From: Ascoidea asiatica JCM 7603
Taxonomy: Eukaryota; Fungi; Ascomycota
Direction of reading: 5' to 3'
Length of the DNA stretch: 64,000 bases
Assembly (NCBI GenBank): GCA_001600695.1
Contig: BCKQ01000001.1
Span: forward strand, 2,090,615-2,154,614
The notes beneath the pieces are model-generated. The model was given only the letters and a program-made list of their open reading frames with translations. It was not told where the DNA came from and ran no database searches. Every line of letters begins with the position of its first letter. Positions within the stretch are counted from its first letter, which is position 1. This document shows, in pieces, positions 47,635 through 58,900 of this stretch. Position numbers and translations under genes: made by a program.

Positions 47635-49542
47635 ATGAATGATACCTATATAATCATTACATTACTGGTAATTATTTTAGGATGTGTTCTTTATTCGAAA
47701 TATCAGGAAACACAACAAGATATATCTTATGTTGCTTTGGTGAATCAAGCAAATGTATCACCTACAAGAACAGAAGGCCAAACTCCAATATTTCGATCAA
47801 ACTCAATCCCTTTCAATTATCCTTTGATTACAGGTTTATCAATAAAACAAGGACTTTATACACTTAGAAATGGTAATGTAAGAGATATCTGGTCAATATT
47901 TATCAAAGAATTGTCCTATAGATGGAAATCAGGATCATATTCAAAGTCTTTTTCAAAAGCAGAATTAAAAGATAATGAAGTGTATTATATTGAATTTTAT
48001 GATAATAAATTCAAATTACTTAAAAGATTTACTTATTTTCAGTTGAATTATATGTTTAGTTTCATTTATGACAGATTTCAAGAATTATTGAAATTCAGTT
48101 CAATTGAAGAATTAGAAAATATTAAGAAAACTGAGTTTCAAAACATAACTTTTCAAGAAGATTACACATTGTTAAGAATTGGTTCGATTTTGCCAACGTA
48201 CTCATATCAAAATTTTATTTTCACAATGGCTGGTTTAATTAACAATTTCACAGTTCATTCTTTCAATACAATAAATAATTTATCTAAATTCAGTCCAAAC
48301 CAAGATATTTGTGTTGATGCTTTAATAATAATGAAAGATGATTTACAAAAAGCTATCCAGTTCAAATCATTAAAATTGATTATTGTTTGTGATGCTGAAT
48401 CTTTAGAAGCGTCGAGCATAAATAATAAAGAGGGGTTAACTATTTTAACTTGGAATGAATTTTTCAAAAATGAGGTGAATTTTCCCGAAAAATTTTCATA
48501 TGATTATAAATACAAATCTAGTTATGATAAATTCATTCCCTTAATTGAAACAATTAATTTCAACACATATTCTTTTACTCTTCAAAATATTGTGAGTAAT
48601 GTTACATGCCAGTTGACTTCAATACCTAAAGAGAAGCATTGGAGTTCAAGTGATAGTTTATTGATGTTCTTTGATAGCAATGATCCAAATTCTTCTTTGA
48701 GTGTTTTTTGGATCAAAATGTTAACTGCATTTTTGACTTTATCCAAAAAAATTTCAATTATTTATCCAATAGATACACATGCAACAGTTAAAAAGAGCAG
48801 AATGCTCACATTATCTTCAATGGAAAACCCTAAGAAAGAATCGTTAAATGATCAATATTTAACAGGAACTAAAATGTTAAAAGTAATAAAAGATATAAAA
48901 CCTTCAATAGTTATTTCATCATCAAATTATTTATATTATATGTATTTAGGCGTATTTTATCCTAAAAGTGAAGCCCTTTCGATCATTCAAAAAAAATTTT
49001 TAATAAAAAGAAATTTTGCTTTACTTTCTAATAACATATTTTCAAAATTAAGTCAAATATATCCGTTGAACTCTTTGAGATTGATTTATAATATATCCAC
49101 ATCAAATACAACGTCCTTAAATCAAATTTCAAGTGAAAGATTGAGATATTTGATCATAGTCTCAGGAGCTAGAATAATTTCTGAAAGATCATTAAATGGA
49201 ATTTTAGGCCCAATTTTTCATACTAATTTATACGACTATAGAATTCTTTCTAATGATACAAAGATTAAAGTGAATGATATATATTACAAACGAAGAGGAA
49301 TTCCTTCTCAAGCATTAGAAATCAAACTTGTAGAATACAAACTCTTTAATGATATTTACTTGGCAAAAGATAACTCAGGTGAATTGTGTATTAGAGGATT
49401 TACTATTGGTAAACCGATGGATAAAGATGTATTAAAGAATGCTATAAAAGAAGCCCAAAGAGTAGGAGGTGAAGGATGGATGCCTACTGGTTTAATTGGA
49501 ACTATTGGTAAAGATGGATGTTTCTATGAAAGATTATATTAA
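47635..49542 (+). CDS. N-terminally anchored, degenerate AMP-binding (acyl-CoA synthetase-like) protein
   Basis: N-terminal TM segment YIIITLLVIILGCVLY; ANL-like remnants SFTLQNIVSNV, GELCIRG and EGWMPTGLIGTIGKDGCFY. First ATG at 47635. Confidence 0.7.
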   Translation: MNDTYIIITLLVIILGCVLYSKYQETQQDISYVALVNQANVSPTRTEGQTPIFRSNSIPFNYPLITGLSIKQGLYTLRNGNVRDIWSIFIKELSYRWKSGSYSKSFSKAELKDNEVYYIEFYDNKFKLLKRFTYFQLNYMFSFIYDRFQELLKFSSIEELENIKKTEFQNITFQEDYTLLRIGSILPTYSYQNFIFTMAGLINNFTVHSFNTINNLSKFSPNQDICVDALIIMKDDLQKAIQFKSLKLIIVCDAESLEASSINNKEGLTILTWNEFFKNEVNFPEKFSYDYKYKSSYDKFIPLIETINFNTYSFTLQNIVSNVTCQLTSIPKEKHWSSSDSLLMFFDSNDPNSSLSVFWIKMLTAFLTLSKKISIIYPIDTHATVKKSRMLTLSSMENPKKESLNDQYLTGTKMLKVIKDIKPSIVISSSNYLYYMYLGVFYPKSEALSIIQKKFLIKRNFALLSNNIFSKLSQIYPLNSLRLIYNISTSNTTSLNQISSERLRYLIIVSGARIISERSLNGILGPIFHTNLYDYRILSNDTKIKVNDIYYKRRGIPSQALEIKLVEYKLFNDIYLAKDNSGELCIRGFTIGKPMDKDVLKNAIKEAQRVGGEGWMPTGLIGTIGKDGCFYERLY

Positions 49543-49723
49543 TCGAGTGTCATAAAAAAAGAATTAAGTTTATAAATACCAGATATAGAAATAATAAATT
49601 GTATGAATAAGAAAATCAAAAAATTAACGTAAAATGAAAGTAAAAATAAATGAACAGCTTGTAAAGAAAAAAAAAAATAAATATTTACTTATTATTATAC
49701 AAAATTTCGAGTTATTCAAAATA

Positions 49724-52255
49724 TTAACGACCTCTTCTTCTTCTTGGAATTGCAAGTCTTCTTGAAGGTAAAGCGGTTTGAATATTGTTGTTATTGCTAT
49801 TATTATTATTGTTGTTGATATTTGCAGGCGAGCTGAACATTCCATTGAAGCCGTTTTGAGTATTTTGGGCACTTTGAATATTTTGAGGAGCTCCGAAAAC
49901 AGAAGATACATCCGTAGTATTTGAAGTGGAAGAACCAAAATTAAAAGTAGGCTGAGCATTAATTGTTGGTTTATTGAAAGCGTTATTTTGATTATTAGTT
50001 GGATTATTAATACTATTGCCATTTTGAAAACCAAATGAAACAGGAGTTGATACCAGTCTTTTTTGATTGAATGAGAAAGTAGGTTTATTATTGGAAAGTG
50101 CCGGGGCAGTATTTGAGCTAGAAAACATAGGCTTTTGATTGTTATTTGAAAATTGAGCACCAGAAGATACAGAGAAATCAAAGGGTTTAGTAACTCCATT
50201 AATGGGATTATTATTAGTGGTTCCGCCAAAAGAAAAGCTAGGTTTCATTGAGTTAGAAGCAGGTTCGGTTTTTGATAATGAATCCCCAAAGATACTGTTA
50301 GTAACAGGTTTAGTTGCTTTAAATTGAAATGGGTTTGAAGATGCAGGGGTATTTGAGGGATTAGGTTGATTGTTAGAAAATTGAAAAGAAGATTTAACTG
50401 GTTCATTTGAGGTAGGTTTTGGAAGAGGATTGAAAGAAAAGATTGGTTTCGAAGGAGTGTTTGTCTTTGTAGGAGAAGTGGAAGTAATATTGGAATTTAG
50501 TTTAGGTATTGTAGACGTTCCAAATGAGAATTGACTGGAAGGAAGTTGAAATTTATTTGAAATGGTTTGACTTGAATCTTCATCTCGAGTTCTTTTATTA
50601 GTATCATTTGCTAAAGAAAAAGAAGGAATTTTTTGATTTGATGTAGAATCATCAGTAGCATTTAATGGTTTTGAAAACGAAAAAGAGGGAGTGGTTAAAT
50701 TATTTTGTTTTGAATTAGAAGTTGAACTTTTAGAATCTAAACTGAAGTTGAAACTCTTTATTGGAGATTTCCCATTTTCTTTAGATTCGGGTATAGAATT
50801 GAGTTTTGGTTTACTTGAAGTATCATTAGAAGTAAAAGAAAACAATGGTTTTGAAATACTACTTTCAATATTAATTTTATTATTGTTTGAGCTATTAGAA
50901 CCATTGAGATCAGATTTTTTTGAAAAATCAAAAGAAGGAATGATTTTTTGATCTTTATTATTAGAAAATGAAAACATTGGCTTTTTTATTTTTGGATCTG
51001 AATCTGAGTTAGAATTTAAAGGTTCTGAAGTGCCAAAAGAAAAAGTAGGTTTTTGTATTGAATTTTCAGTCTTGTTTGCAATTGGGTTCCCGATTGAGCT
51101 TTCAACTGTTTTTTCGATTGATTTTTCGGTTGGATTTTTGGATTGGGAATTGTTAAAAGAGAATAAAGGTTTTTTGATTTCATTATTTCCAATTTTTGTA
51201 ATATTTGAATTTGTAGTCAAAGTATTATTAATTGAAATTGATTCCTTTTGGATATCAATGGAATTTGATATAGGAAATGAATTTGAACTTTTGTCATTGA
51301 TATTAGTAGTATTTGAAGGTTTACCAAATGAGAAATTTGAAGAAGGTAAAATTTTTGGATTAATAACATTAGGAGTTGGAGGGTTTGAAGTTTGAGTTTG
51401 ATGACTAACACTTTTAATTTTATTTTGTATTGGAGTTAAGGAAGATTTGATTTTAGGTTCATTATTGCCTTGATTATTGAGTTTATTATCAGCTTTATCA
51501 TCAATTTTATTATCATTTTCTATTGAAGATGAAGATGAAGCTGAGGCTGAGATTTTTTTGAATTTTAAAATACTCAAATCATTATTAAGATTTTTTGAAA
51601 CTGAGATTTTATTTGAATTCAAGATTTTATTATTCAAAATATTATTAATGTTATTATTACTATTGTTACCATTAATGGTATTGCTTGATATAATTAAATC
51701 ATTTGATATTTTTTGCTTTTTTTTAGAAGGAGATAACTGTAATAATATATTTTTTTTTTGAATATTATTTGGCTTATATGGAGTTAAAGAATTTGATTTT
51801 TTTTTCATTGTATTTGAGTTATGTAAAGTTAAATCAAAATCATCATAAGTAAAATCAGCTGAATAAACACCAAATTTTCTTTTTTTGAATTTATCATCAT
51901 TTAGATTATTTGATTTTATAATTGTCTTAATGTTTTTTTCATCTTGATTAGAATATATTTTCTCAATTTTATTTTCAGATTTATTTAGATCTATATTAAA
52001 ATTTATTATTGGATTTAATTTTCTGATTTTAAGACTAGGTTGGGTAATATCAGGACCTTTTTGATCTTTATCTTTATCATTATCGATACGTGAATTATTA
52101 AGATTATTATGATTATTTGAATAATTTTTTTTAACTTTTTTTGAATTTGAATGAGATAATTTTTTTTTTAATTTGAAATAATTTTGTAATCTCAAATTTT
52201 GTTTAAGCTTTATAAGCTCAAGTCTTTCTATTGGGGATAATGATAATGAAGGCAT
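49724..52255 (-). CDS. FxF/FG-repeat nucleoporin, Nup1-like
   Basis: Many [KP]xFSF(G) repeats; basic C-terminal tail PSRRLAIPRRRRGR typical of the Nup1/Nup153 class. Confidence 0.75.
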   Translation of the reverse strand: MPSLSLSPIERLELIKLKQNLRLQNYFKLKKKLSHSNSKKVKKNYSNNHNNLNNSRIDNDKDKDQKGPDITQPSLKIRKLNPIINFNIDLNKSENKIEKIYSNQDEKNIKTIIKSNNLNDDKFKKRKFGVYSADFTYDDFDLTLHNSNTMKKKSNSLTPYKPNNIQKKNILLQLSPSKKKQKISNDLIISSNTINGNNSNNNINNILNNKILNSNKISVSKNLNNDLSILKFKKISASASSSSSIENDNKIDDKADNKLNNQGNNEPKIKSSLTPIQNKIKSVSHQTQTSNPPTPNVINPKILPSSNFSFGKPSNTTNINDKSSNSFPISNSIDIQKESISINNTLTTNSNITKIGNNEIKKPLFSFNNSQSKNPTEKSIEKTVESSIGNPIANKTENSIQKPTFSFGTSEPLNSNSDSDPKIKKPMFSFSNNKDQKIIPSFDFSKKSDLNGSNSSNNNKINIESSISKPLFSFTSNDTSSKPKLNSIPESKENGKSPIKSFNFSLDSKSSTSNSKQNNLTTPSFSFSKPLNATDDSTSNQKIPSFSLANDTNKRTRDEDSSQTISNKFQLPSSQFSFGTSTIPKLNSNITSTSPTKTNTPSKPIFSFNPLPKPTSNEPVKSSFQFSNNQPNPSNTPASSNPFQFKATKPVTNSIFGDSLSKTEPASNSMKPSFSFGGTTNNNPINGVTKPFDFSVSSGAQFSNNNQKPMFSSSNTAPALSNNKPTFSFNQKRLVSTPVSFGFQNGNSINNPTNNQNNAFNKPTINAQPTFNFGSSTSNTTDVSSVFGAPQNIQSAQNTQNGFNGMFSSPANINNNNNNSNNNNIQTALPSRRLAIPRRRRGR

Positions 52256-53006
52256 CTATAATATTTATCTGGAATATAATATAAAAGATTCTAAGATTCT
52301 ATATATGAACGATGTTTAATATTTATTTATTTTTGATGTGTTTAGTTAATATTCAATTAGAAATAAATAAAGTAAAGTAAATAAAAAGATGCAGAAGATG
52401 TTGCAGAAAAAAAAAATTTAGCGGTACTGTATAAAGAATAGAAATAGTCGTTTCTGATTTCCTGAGATAGTGATGAATATTGTTATTGTTCTTTATTTTT
52501 ATTTTTATTGTTATTGTTATTGTTTTTGTTGTTTTTGTATATCTTTTGGCCCAAGAAAGGAACAGAAGAAAAAAGAAGCAGAACGCTGCCAGATCTGGCT
52601 CTGGATCTGACCCAGAGCCCAAGTTCTAGAAGTTCCGGGACGCGGAAAGAAAACCAGTAAAATATCCGGAGTTGGCACGTGCACTTATTTGATAAAATTC
52701 AATAAGGTTCCAGAAATTAGGATCCAATGCGCTCTGAAGTTGTAAAATGAAACTCTACAGTGAAAGGCATTAAAACCTTTTTAGTGGTTATAAAAAAATA
52801 TATCACGTGAATTTTACTGTACTTATTCTTCCAATCACTTCCAGTGAAATCCAAAGCATATACTAATTCCATAATCAGTAATCCTAGATTTTAATATCAG
52901 CTTAATCAGTTGAAAATATATAATTAAATAACTGCTTCAATATTGTAATTGTACTTAAAACTATTCCAAATTCACTTAATTTTCATTTACAATATTAATT
53001 ACAATC

Positions 53007-53342
53007 ATGGTTGGTTTACTTAGTTATGCTGGCTGGGCAACTTTTGGTATGTAGATAGCCTGTCAATTCAACTTTTCCATAATTATTTCTCAATGAAACT
53101 CCCACTAACAAAACTTCTTTATTTTGGTTGATTTTTTTTCAGGTGTTGCTGTTAGAGCTTATCAAATAGGTCTTAAACAAAAACCCTGGAGTTATAAACC
53201 TTTAGGTTATCTTTATTCTGGTGCTTTTTGGTCTGGTGTAGGTTACTTCTTTTATCAAGTTAAAGAAAATCAAGAAAAATTATTAGATGGTAGAGTTCAT
53301 GTGCTTCTAGAAAAAAGAGCAGAGCGTGCTTTGGAAAAATAA
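53007..53342 (+). CDS. NUUM: Complex I accessory subunit NUUM (fungal 14-kDa, NDUFC2-like); exons 53007-53046 and 53143-53342 (79 aa)
   Basis: Spliced protein MVGLLSYAGWATFGVAVRAYQIGLKQKPW...GVGYFFYQVKENQEKLLDGRVHVLLEKRAER fits the W..FG.AVR..Q.G...P / GY...V...Q...L.....LEKRA.R family pattern. Confidence 0.82.
53047..53142 (+). other. 96-nt intron of the NUUM gene
   Basis: GTATGT donor, CACTAAC branch point (53103-53109), T-tract and CAG acceptor. Confidence 0.92.
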
Positions 53343-53514
53343 TGATATATAAAAAATATACGCTAGCAATATTTTGTTCTGTTATTTCTCTATTTTATAA
53401 CTATATGGATACTATTATATTCTTATTCTAAAGTTTATTTGCATAATGATAATTTCTCTATAAAACAAAAAAAAGTACGATTTAGAGATATATTTATTGG
53501 TCAAGTGATATAAA

Positions 53515-54981
53515 CTATATCTTTTCCTCCAAAACTTTATTTACTATTTCAATTTTTTTTGAATCGTCTTTGATATCATTTTTGTTATTCTGATCTGTTA
53601 AAGCTTCATTATTATTATTTCTTTTAAAATCATATTCTTCTGCTTCTTTCTTTATTGAAGCGATTTCATCCATTATAAGATTGTTATCATCATCCTTAAT
53701 AGAATCCGATTCATCATAATCATCTTCTTCCTTCCAATTTTCATCCTCTGGGTTATAATCTGAATCATCCGAACTTTCTGAATCATCTGAATCATCTGAA
53801 TCACTTGAATTATCTGATTCATCTTGATTCTCTGAAAGATTATTTATATCATTTTCATCTTCACTGTTATCACTTGCATCTTCTTGTTCAGTCTTTAGTC
53901 TCATTTCTTCAAATTCTTTTTCAAGAATAGAAATAGATTTTCTATTATCACCCATTTTTTTATAACCTGAAGCTTTAATTTTAATATCTAAATCATTAAT
54001 TCTTTTGATATCTCTTTTAAATTTAGGATAAGGATACTTATACCCTTCTCCGAATCCAGTATCATCTAACATTGACTTATCTCTCTTTGGCTCATAGTTA
54101 AACCTTAATTTGAAAAATTTTTTGATACAATTAACATCTCTTTTAAAATAATAATCTGAATTTAAATGATTAATTGAAATTAATTGTGGAAAATCAATAA
54201 CTTTGAAATCAGTTTCATATTTACCTAATTCTTCTTCATTCAAAATTAATATATTATATTCATTAAAATCACAATGAATTAATCCATTATTACCTAATTT
54301 TATAATAAATTTCATTAAATCTGAGTAAAGTTTTTTATAATTTTTAAAATTATTTAAATTAATTAATTTCATTTGATATCCATTTACATATTCCATTAAT
54401 ATACAATGTCTTGAAAAATCAATTGGTATTGGTACATTGAATTTGTTCTCATATAATAATTTCAAAAATTCAAATTCCTTTTCTGCAGCTAATTTTGACA
54501 ATTCAATCCAATTTTTATTACCTGAATTCCTTAAAGTTTTATTTTTATTTGAAATAATATAATCTCTATTTGTTTTTATAGTTTTAAACGATGTTCTACC
54601 TAATCTAACGATTTTTAAAATCATTTGTTTACCTGATTCATTACTTACTGAATATATATCAGATTCTTTACCAACACCAACTGTTGTACCAATTGAATAT
54701 AAAGTTTTTTTATTAACCATTGATTTAAATGCTAAAAAATCATTACCATTATAAGTTAATTTATAACCATCATAAGATGCATTTCTTAATTTTGTTATAA
54801 GGTTTAATTTTGCTAAATTTGATATTGATCTATTTATATTTGAAATACTTAAATTTTTAATTAATCTATCAATTAATTTAGGTGGTACAACTTCGTGATT
54901 CCTTGATAATGATTCAAATGCTGCCAACACTCTAAAATCATTTGGAGATAAATATCTCATATATTCAGGATTTAATTTCAT
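53515..54981 (-). CDS. RIO2: Atypical kinase Rio2 (40S maturation)
   Basis: N-terminal winged helix (YDGYKLTYNG.D), GVGKESDIY, RLGRTSFK, IHCDFNEYNI and IDFPQ; acidic tail. Confidence 0.95.
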   Translation of the reverse strand: MKLNPEYMRYLSPNDFRVLAAFESLSRNHEVVPPKLIDRLIKNLSISNINRSISNLAKLNLITKLRNASYDGYKLTYNGNDFLAFKSMVNKKTLYSIGTTVGVGKESDIYSVSNESGKQMILKIVRLGRTSFKTIKTNRDYIISNKNKTLRNSGNKNWIELSKLAAEKEFEFLKLLYENKFNVPIPIDFSRHCILMEYVNGYQMKLINLNNFKNYKKLYSDLMKFIIKLGNNGLIHCDFNEYNILILNEEELGKYETDFKVIDFPQLISINHLNSDYYFKRDVNCIKKFFKLRFNYEPKRDKSMLDDTGFGEGYKYPYPKFKRDIKRINDLDIKIKASGYKKMGDNRKSISILEKEFEEMRLKTEQEDASDNSEDENDINNLSENQDESDNSSDSDDSDDSESSDDSDYNPEDENWKEEDDYDESDSIKDDDNNLIMDEIASIKKEAEEYDFKRNNNNEALTDQNNKNDIKDDSKKIEIVNKVLEEKI

Positions 54982-55595
54982 TTTTTGCTTGAAATATTCT
55001 ATATCGACGAAAAATATTTATGAACCTTAATATCTCCAGAAAATCAAATTTTAATGTAAATTATTGAACTACCTTTACTATTATTTTACATTAAATTTTG
55101 AACAAATCAATAATAATTATCACTAGTAGATATTCTCATTTTAAAAAATGAAAGAAAATGAAATAATTTTTGAAAAGTGAAAAAAATATAACCTTAATTT
55201 TTTGTCACGTTCTGATTTTCAGTTAAATCATAGAATATCCTTAAAACTGGCTTTTTAGTTTTTAAGTCCATGGATATGTTAACAACGCAAACCAAGCATT
55301 TTAAAGAAGAATTATAAATAGTCAAACATTAAAACCCTGATAGTGGTACTCCCGGAATCCCATACTGCAGCCAGACTTCTTTTCAAAATGAGCTTCAGCC
55401 TAGTTACGTAATCGAAGTTACTTTCATTCAAAACGACACAGTTTCACTGAATCAAGAAACATTCAAGAAATAGTCGAGAGAGCATTAGGATATAACAAAT
55501 TTACGATATCAGAGAATCAAGAGATTATAAAAATAAAAGTAATAATTCGAAAGAAATTCTTGTTACAAGTCATTCTACTATTATTTTCTTTCATA

Positions 55596-55709
55596 ATGAT
55601 AACCGATGCTGAATTAAATTCTATTGCTATATCCTTCGGTGTTGCCACAGTGGTCTTATCAATGGTTTATCAATTCATTTCTGCAAATACATCTAAAAAA
55701 ACAGTGTAA
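55596..55709 (+). CDS. OST4: Oligosaccharyltransferase subunit Ost4 (37 aa)
   Basis: MITDAELNSIAISFGVATVVLSMVYQFISANTSKKTV matches the Ost4 pattern MI[ST]D..L..lA..FG.....L...Y. Not in the ORF track. Confidence 0.9.
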   Translation: MITDAELNSIAISFGVATVVLSMVYQFISANTSKKTV

Positions 55710-55972
55710 GTGTTCATTATAAAAAATTTCGGTAAAGAAGTACAATTCATTTAAATATAATGTAATACTTACTACAATATTGAAAATAATGAATGTATTT
55801 AAATTATGAGAGTGTGATTATAATATAATATAAAACAAAAGTCAAAGAAAAAAAAAAATTGTTGAAAAAAAAATCTAAATATCTATATTTTTAACTATAT
55901 ATCTATATAATCATTAAGTCTAGAATAATAGTCAAAAATAAATACTTTTATCAAGAGAACACATTTTTATTA

Positions 55973-58900
55973 TCAGATACCTAATTCTTCTTCTCCTAAT
56001 AATATTTTAGAATATTGAATAATATTGTCCAATTCTTCTGTTATTTCTGTAAATGCTCTTGAAAATGCCATTCCATGAACTTCAGACCAATGAACCTCTT
56101 CATAACTGTCTTTATGATCATTAAAATTACTCTCATTTCCTTCTTCTGATTCAATTCTATCTTCAATTCCATGATTCTCATTAATTCCATTATTAGTATC
56201 ATTAGTACTATTATTATGATCTTCATTAATAGCATCAAATAATCTTTTTCTTAAACTTATTGCACTAGGTAAATAAATTGGGATTTCACTCTTACTTTTA
56301 AAACAATTACTTACAATATAAAGTACAAAAATTACGGAAACTACCGAATCCCTTCTTATTGCCAACATTTTTTTCCAATTTTCTGATTCTCTATCAATTT
56401 TAACATGATAAAAGATAGCTGCCATTCTAGCTTCAATAATTTTTTCTAAAATAAAATTACATGAATTAATCAATTTAATATAAATTTTAATTTCATAATT
56501 TCTACCTCTAACTCTGCTAACCCCATTTTCAAAATACATCTCATCATAGAATATCCCTGCTAAGAAATGCTTGTGTTGTAATTTACTCATTTTAATTAAA
56601 TCTTTTATCGAATAAAGTAATTGTAACATTCGAATCTCTCTAATATTAGCTAATTCAAATGTTAACTCAGTTGGATCATCAAAATAGTCTCTATAAAGAT
56701 ATCTATCTGTAATACTTTGATAACATTGTGAGATATAAGCCAATAATGGAGCAAATGATTTTCTTACTTCATTTCTTGCAATAAATGGCCATAATATCCA
56801 ATTCATACAAATTGCTGTGATTATACCGATAATTAAAGAAGAACCAACTATATATGTTACTTTCCAAATTCTTTTTGTTGAATTCAAATTATCATTTCCA
56901 TTATTTGTATATATTTCCATAATCGTGATAGTAAATGTCAACAACCCAATTAGCCCAGATCTTGAATGATTTGAAACTAATCTTCTATAAAACATAAATA
57001 TCGCAAATACAGTACCAATTAAAACGATTATATATGGACTTTTAAAGTGTAAATAATTCGAATGAATCTCTGCTGAAATCCAGGCGAGAAAAATTCCAAT
57101 GATTCCTATTGAAACTCTTGAACAAATCTTATCTAAATTTGTAGAAATGATAGGATTAAAAAAGAGATAAACTAACATTGGACACCAAAAGCAATTATAT
57201 TCTTGATACCAACTATTAGGGTAAATCCAAGATGGTAAACATAAAAATGTTAGAACAAATGTTAATTTAAATGCATATTTAGCATCAATACTAGCAAAAT
57301 AATTAATAATTAACCATAATTTGAATCTTAGCTTTGAACTCTTATTAGATGTCAAATGAGTATTGAAATCATTATGATCGATTGCTCTTATGCAATTTTT
57401 AAAACTTTTATCTTTCTTAGATTTATCACTATTTTCATTTTGTGGACATTTTTCCTTCATTGATAATTCAGGATGAATCAGATACTCATTAATATCAAAA
57501 TCATTCATAAAATCTTTATTGTTTTCATTTGTTTTATGTTCGGCAAATTTTGATGAATTCAAATTATAGATTCTTTCAAATGCTTCACGAACGTCAATTT
57601 TAGTTTGAAAGTAATTAAAAATAGACTCCACTCCCATATCTCTATAACATTGCTTTGATAATCTATTCATTGCTCTCTTTAATGGATAATCGATAAATAA
57701 AACTTTCCAATTAAAATTTGAGTTTATAACATTATTATCTTCAATTGCAGCTAAAACTGTAGTTGATAAAAGTAATAAAGACTTTGCGACTTGCCTTTGA
57801 TATCTCATAAAAAGAAAACTGTTAATAATTCTTGGTCCGCTTAATAAGTCTTTACAAAAATAATTTGTTTTTGTGAAAGCTCTATATGAATGGTCTAACT
57901 TTGCAATTTTTTTTTTAAGATGATTTTGAATTCTTTTTAAAACTTCAACTAATTCTTTATTCGAAAAATCTTTTTGCAAATATTTATTTTTTTCAATATC
58001 TAAATTAAAAGTATCTACTAGCGTTTTTTTATCAAATTTTAACTTGCAAAGCTTAATTATTAGAATTTGAAAGAATTCAGTTAATTTAACCATATCAATT
58101 AATAAAGAAAATGCTGGCTTCTTGAAATAATTTTGAATAACAGTAATATAAAATAATTCTGGATCTAAAATATTAAAGGAATTTGGAAGGATTGCAGGAA
58201 AGCTTGAAGGTTTGGGAGTCGAATTACCTGAAAATATTGGAGAATCAAAATTTGAATTTGAGTTAGATGTCATATTATTTGAATTAAAATCAAATTCCTT
58301 ATTTAAAAATTGACTATAAGGAAATTGAGAGTTATTATTACCTTGAAATAGAATATTATCGAAGGGAATAGCTCTTAATGGAGTTATAATATAATTTATA
58401 CAATTTCTAATTGAAATTAGTGAAGTTTGATCAAACAAAGAAATTTTTATTAATTCATTTGAAAATTCTCGGAAATGTTCAGATAATTGAACAATTGACC
58501 AATTTAATTTATCGATAATTATTGTTATTTGATCAGAATTTTGATTAGAACTTGTTTTTAAATTTCTTAAATTTTTCAAATTATTAAAATCATTATAATT
58601 ATCAAAGTTATCAAATTGATTCAAATGAAAGAAAGAAACATTATTATTTAAAGGTTGATTATAATGACAATTACCAACTTGTTGGATACCATCTACTGAT
58701 AAAGATTGATAAGTATTATCAATTGAATAAATCAAAACATCTTTAATTGTTTGCAAAGTTAATAAAATTGAAGTAAACAAAGTTGAATGAGATAAATTTG
58801 GGTAAATTAAAACTGAGGTTAATAAAGATAATAGAAGACCAAAAATGTATGGAACTAAAAAATTAAAAAAAATTATCTTATAGTTATCAAACTTATAATT

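Noticed and set aside
52256-52430. Upstream exon for the Nup1-like gene (TAG immediately before the ATG)
   Set aside because: No convincing branch point or donor site was found.
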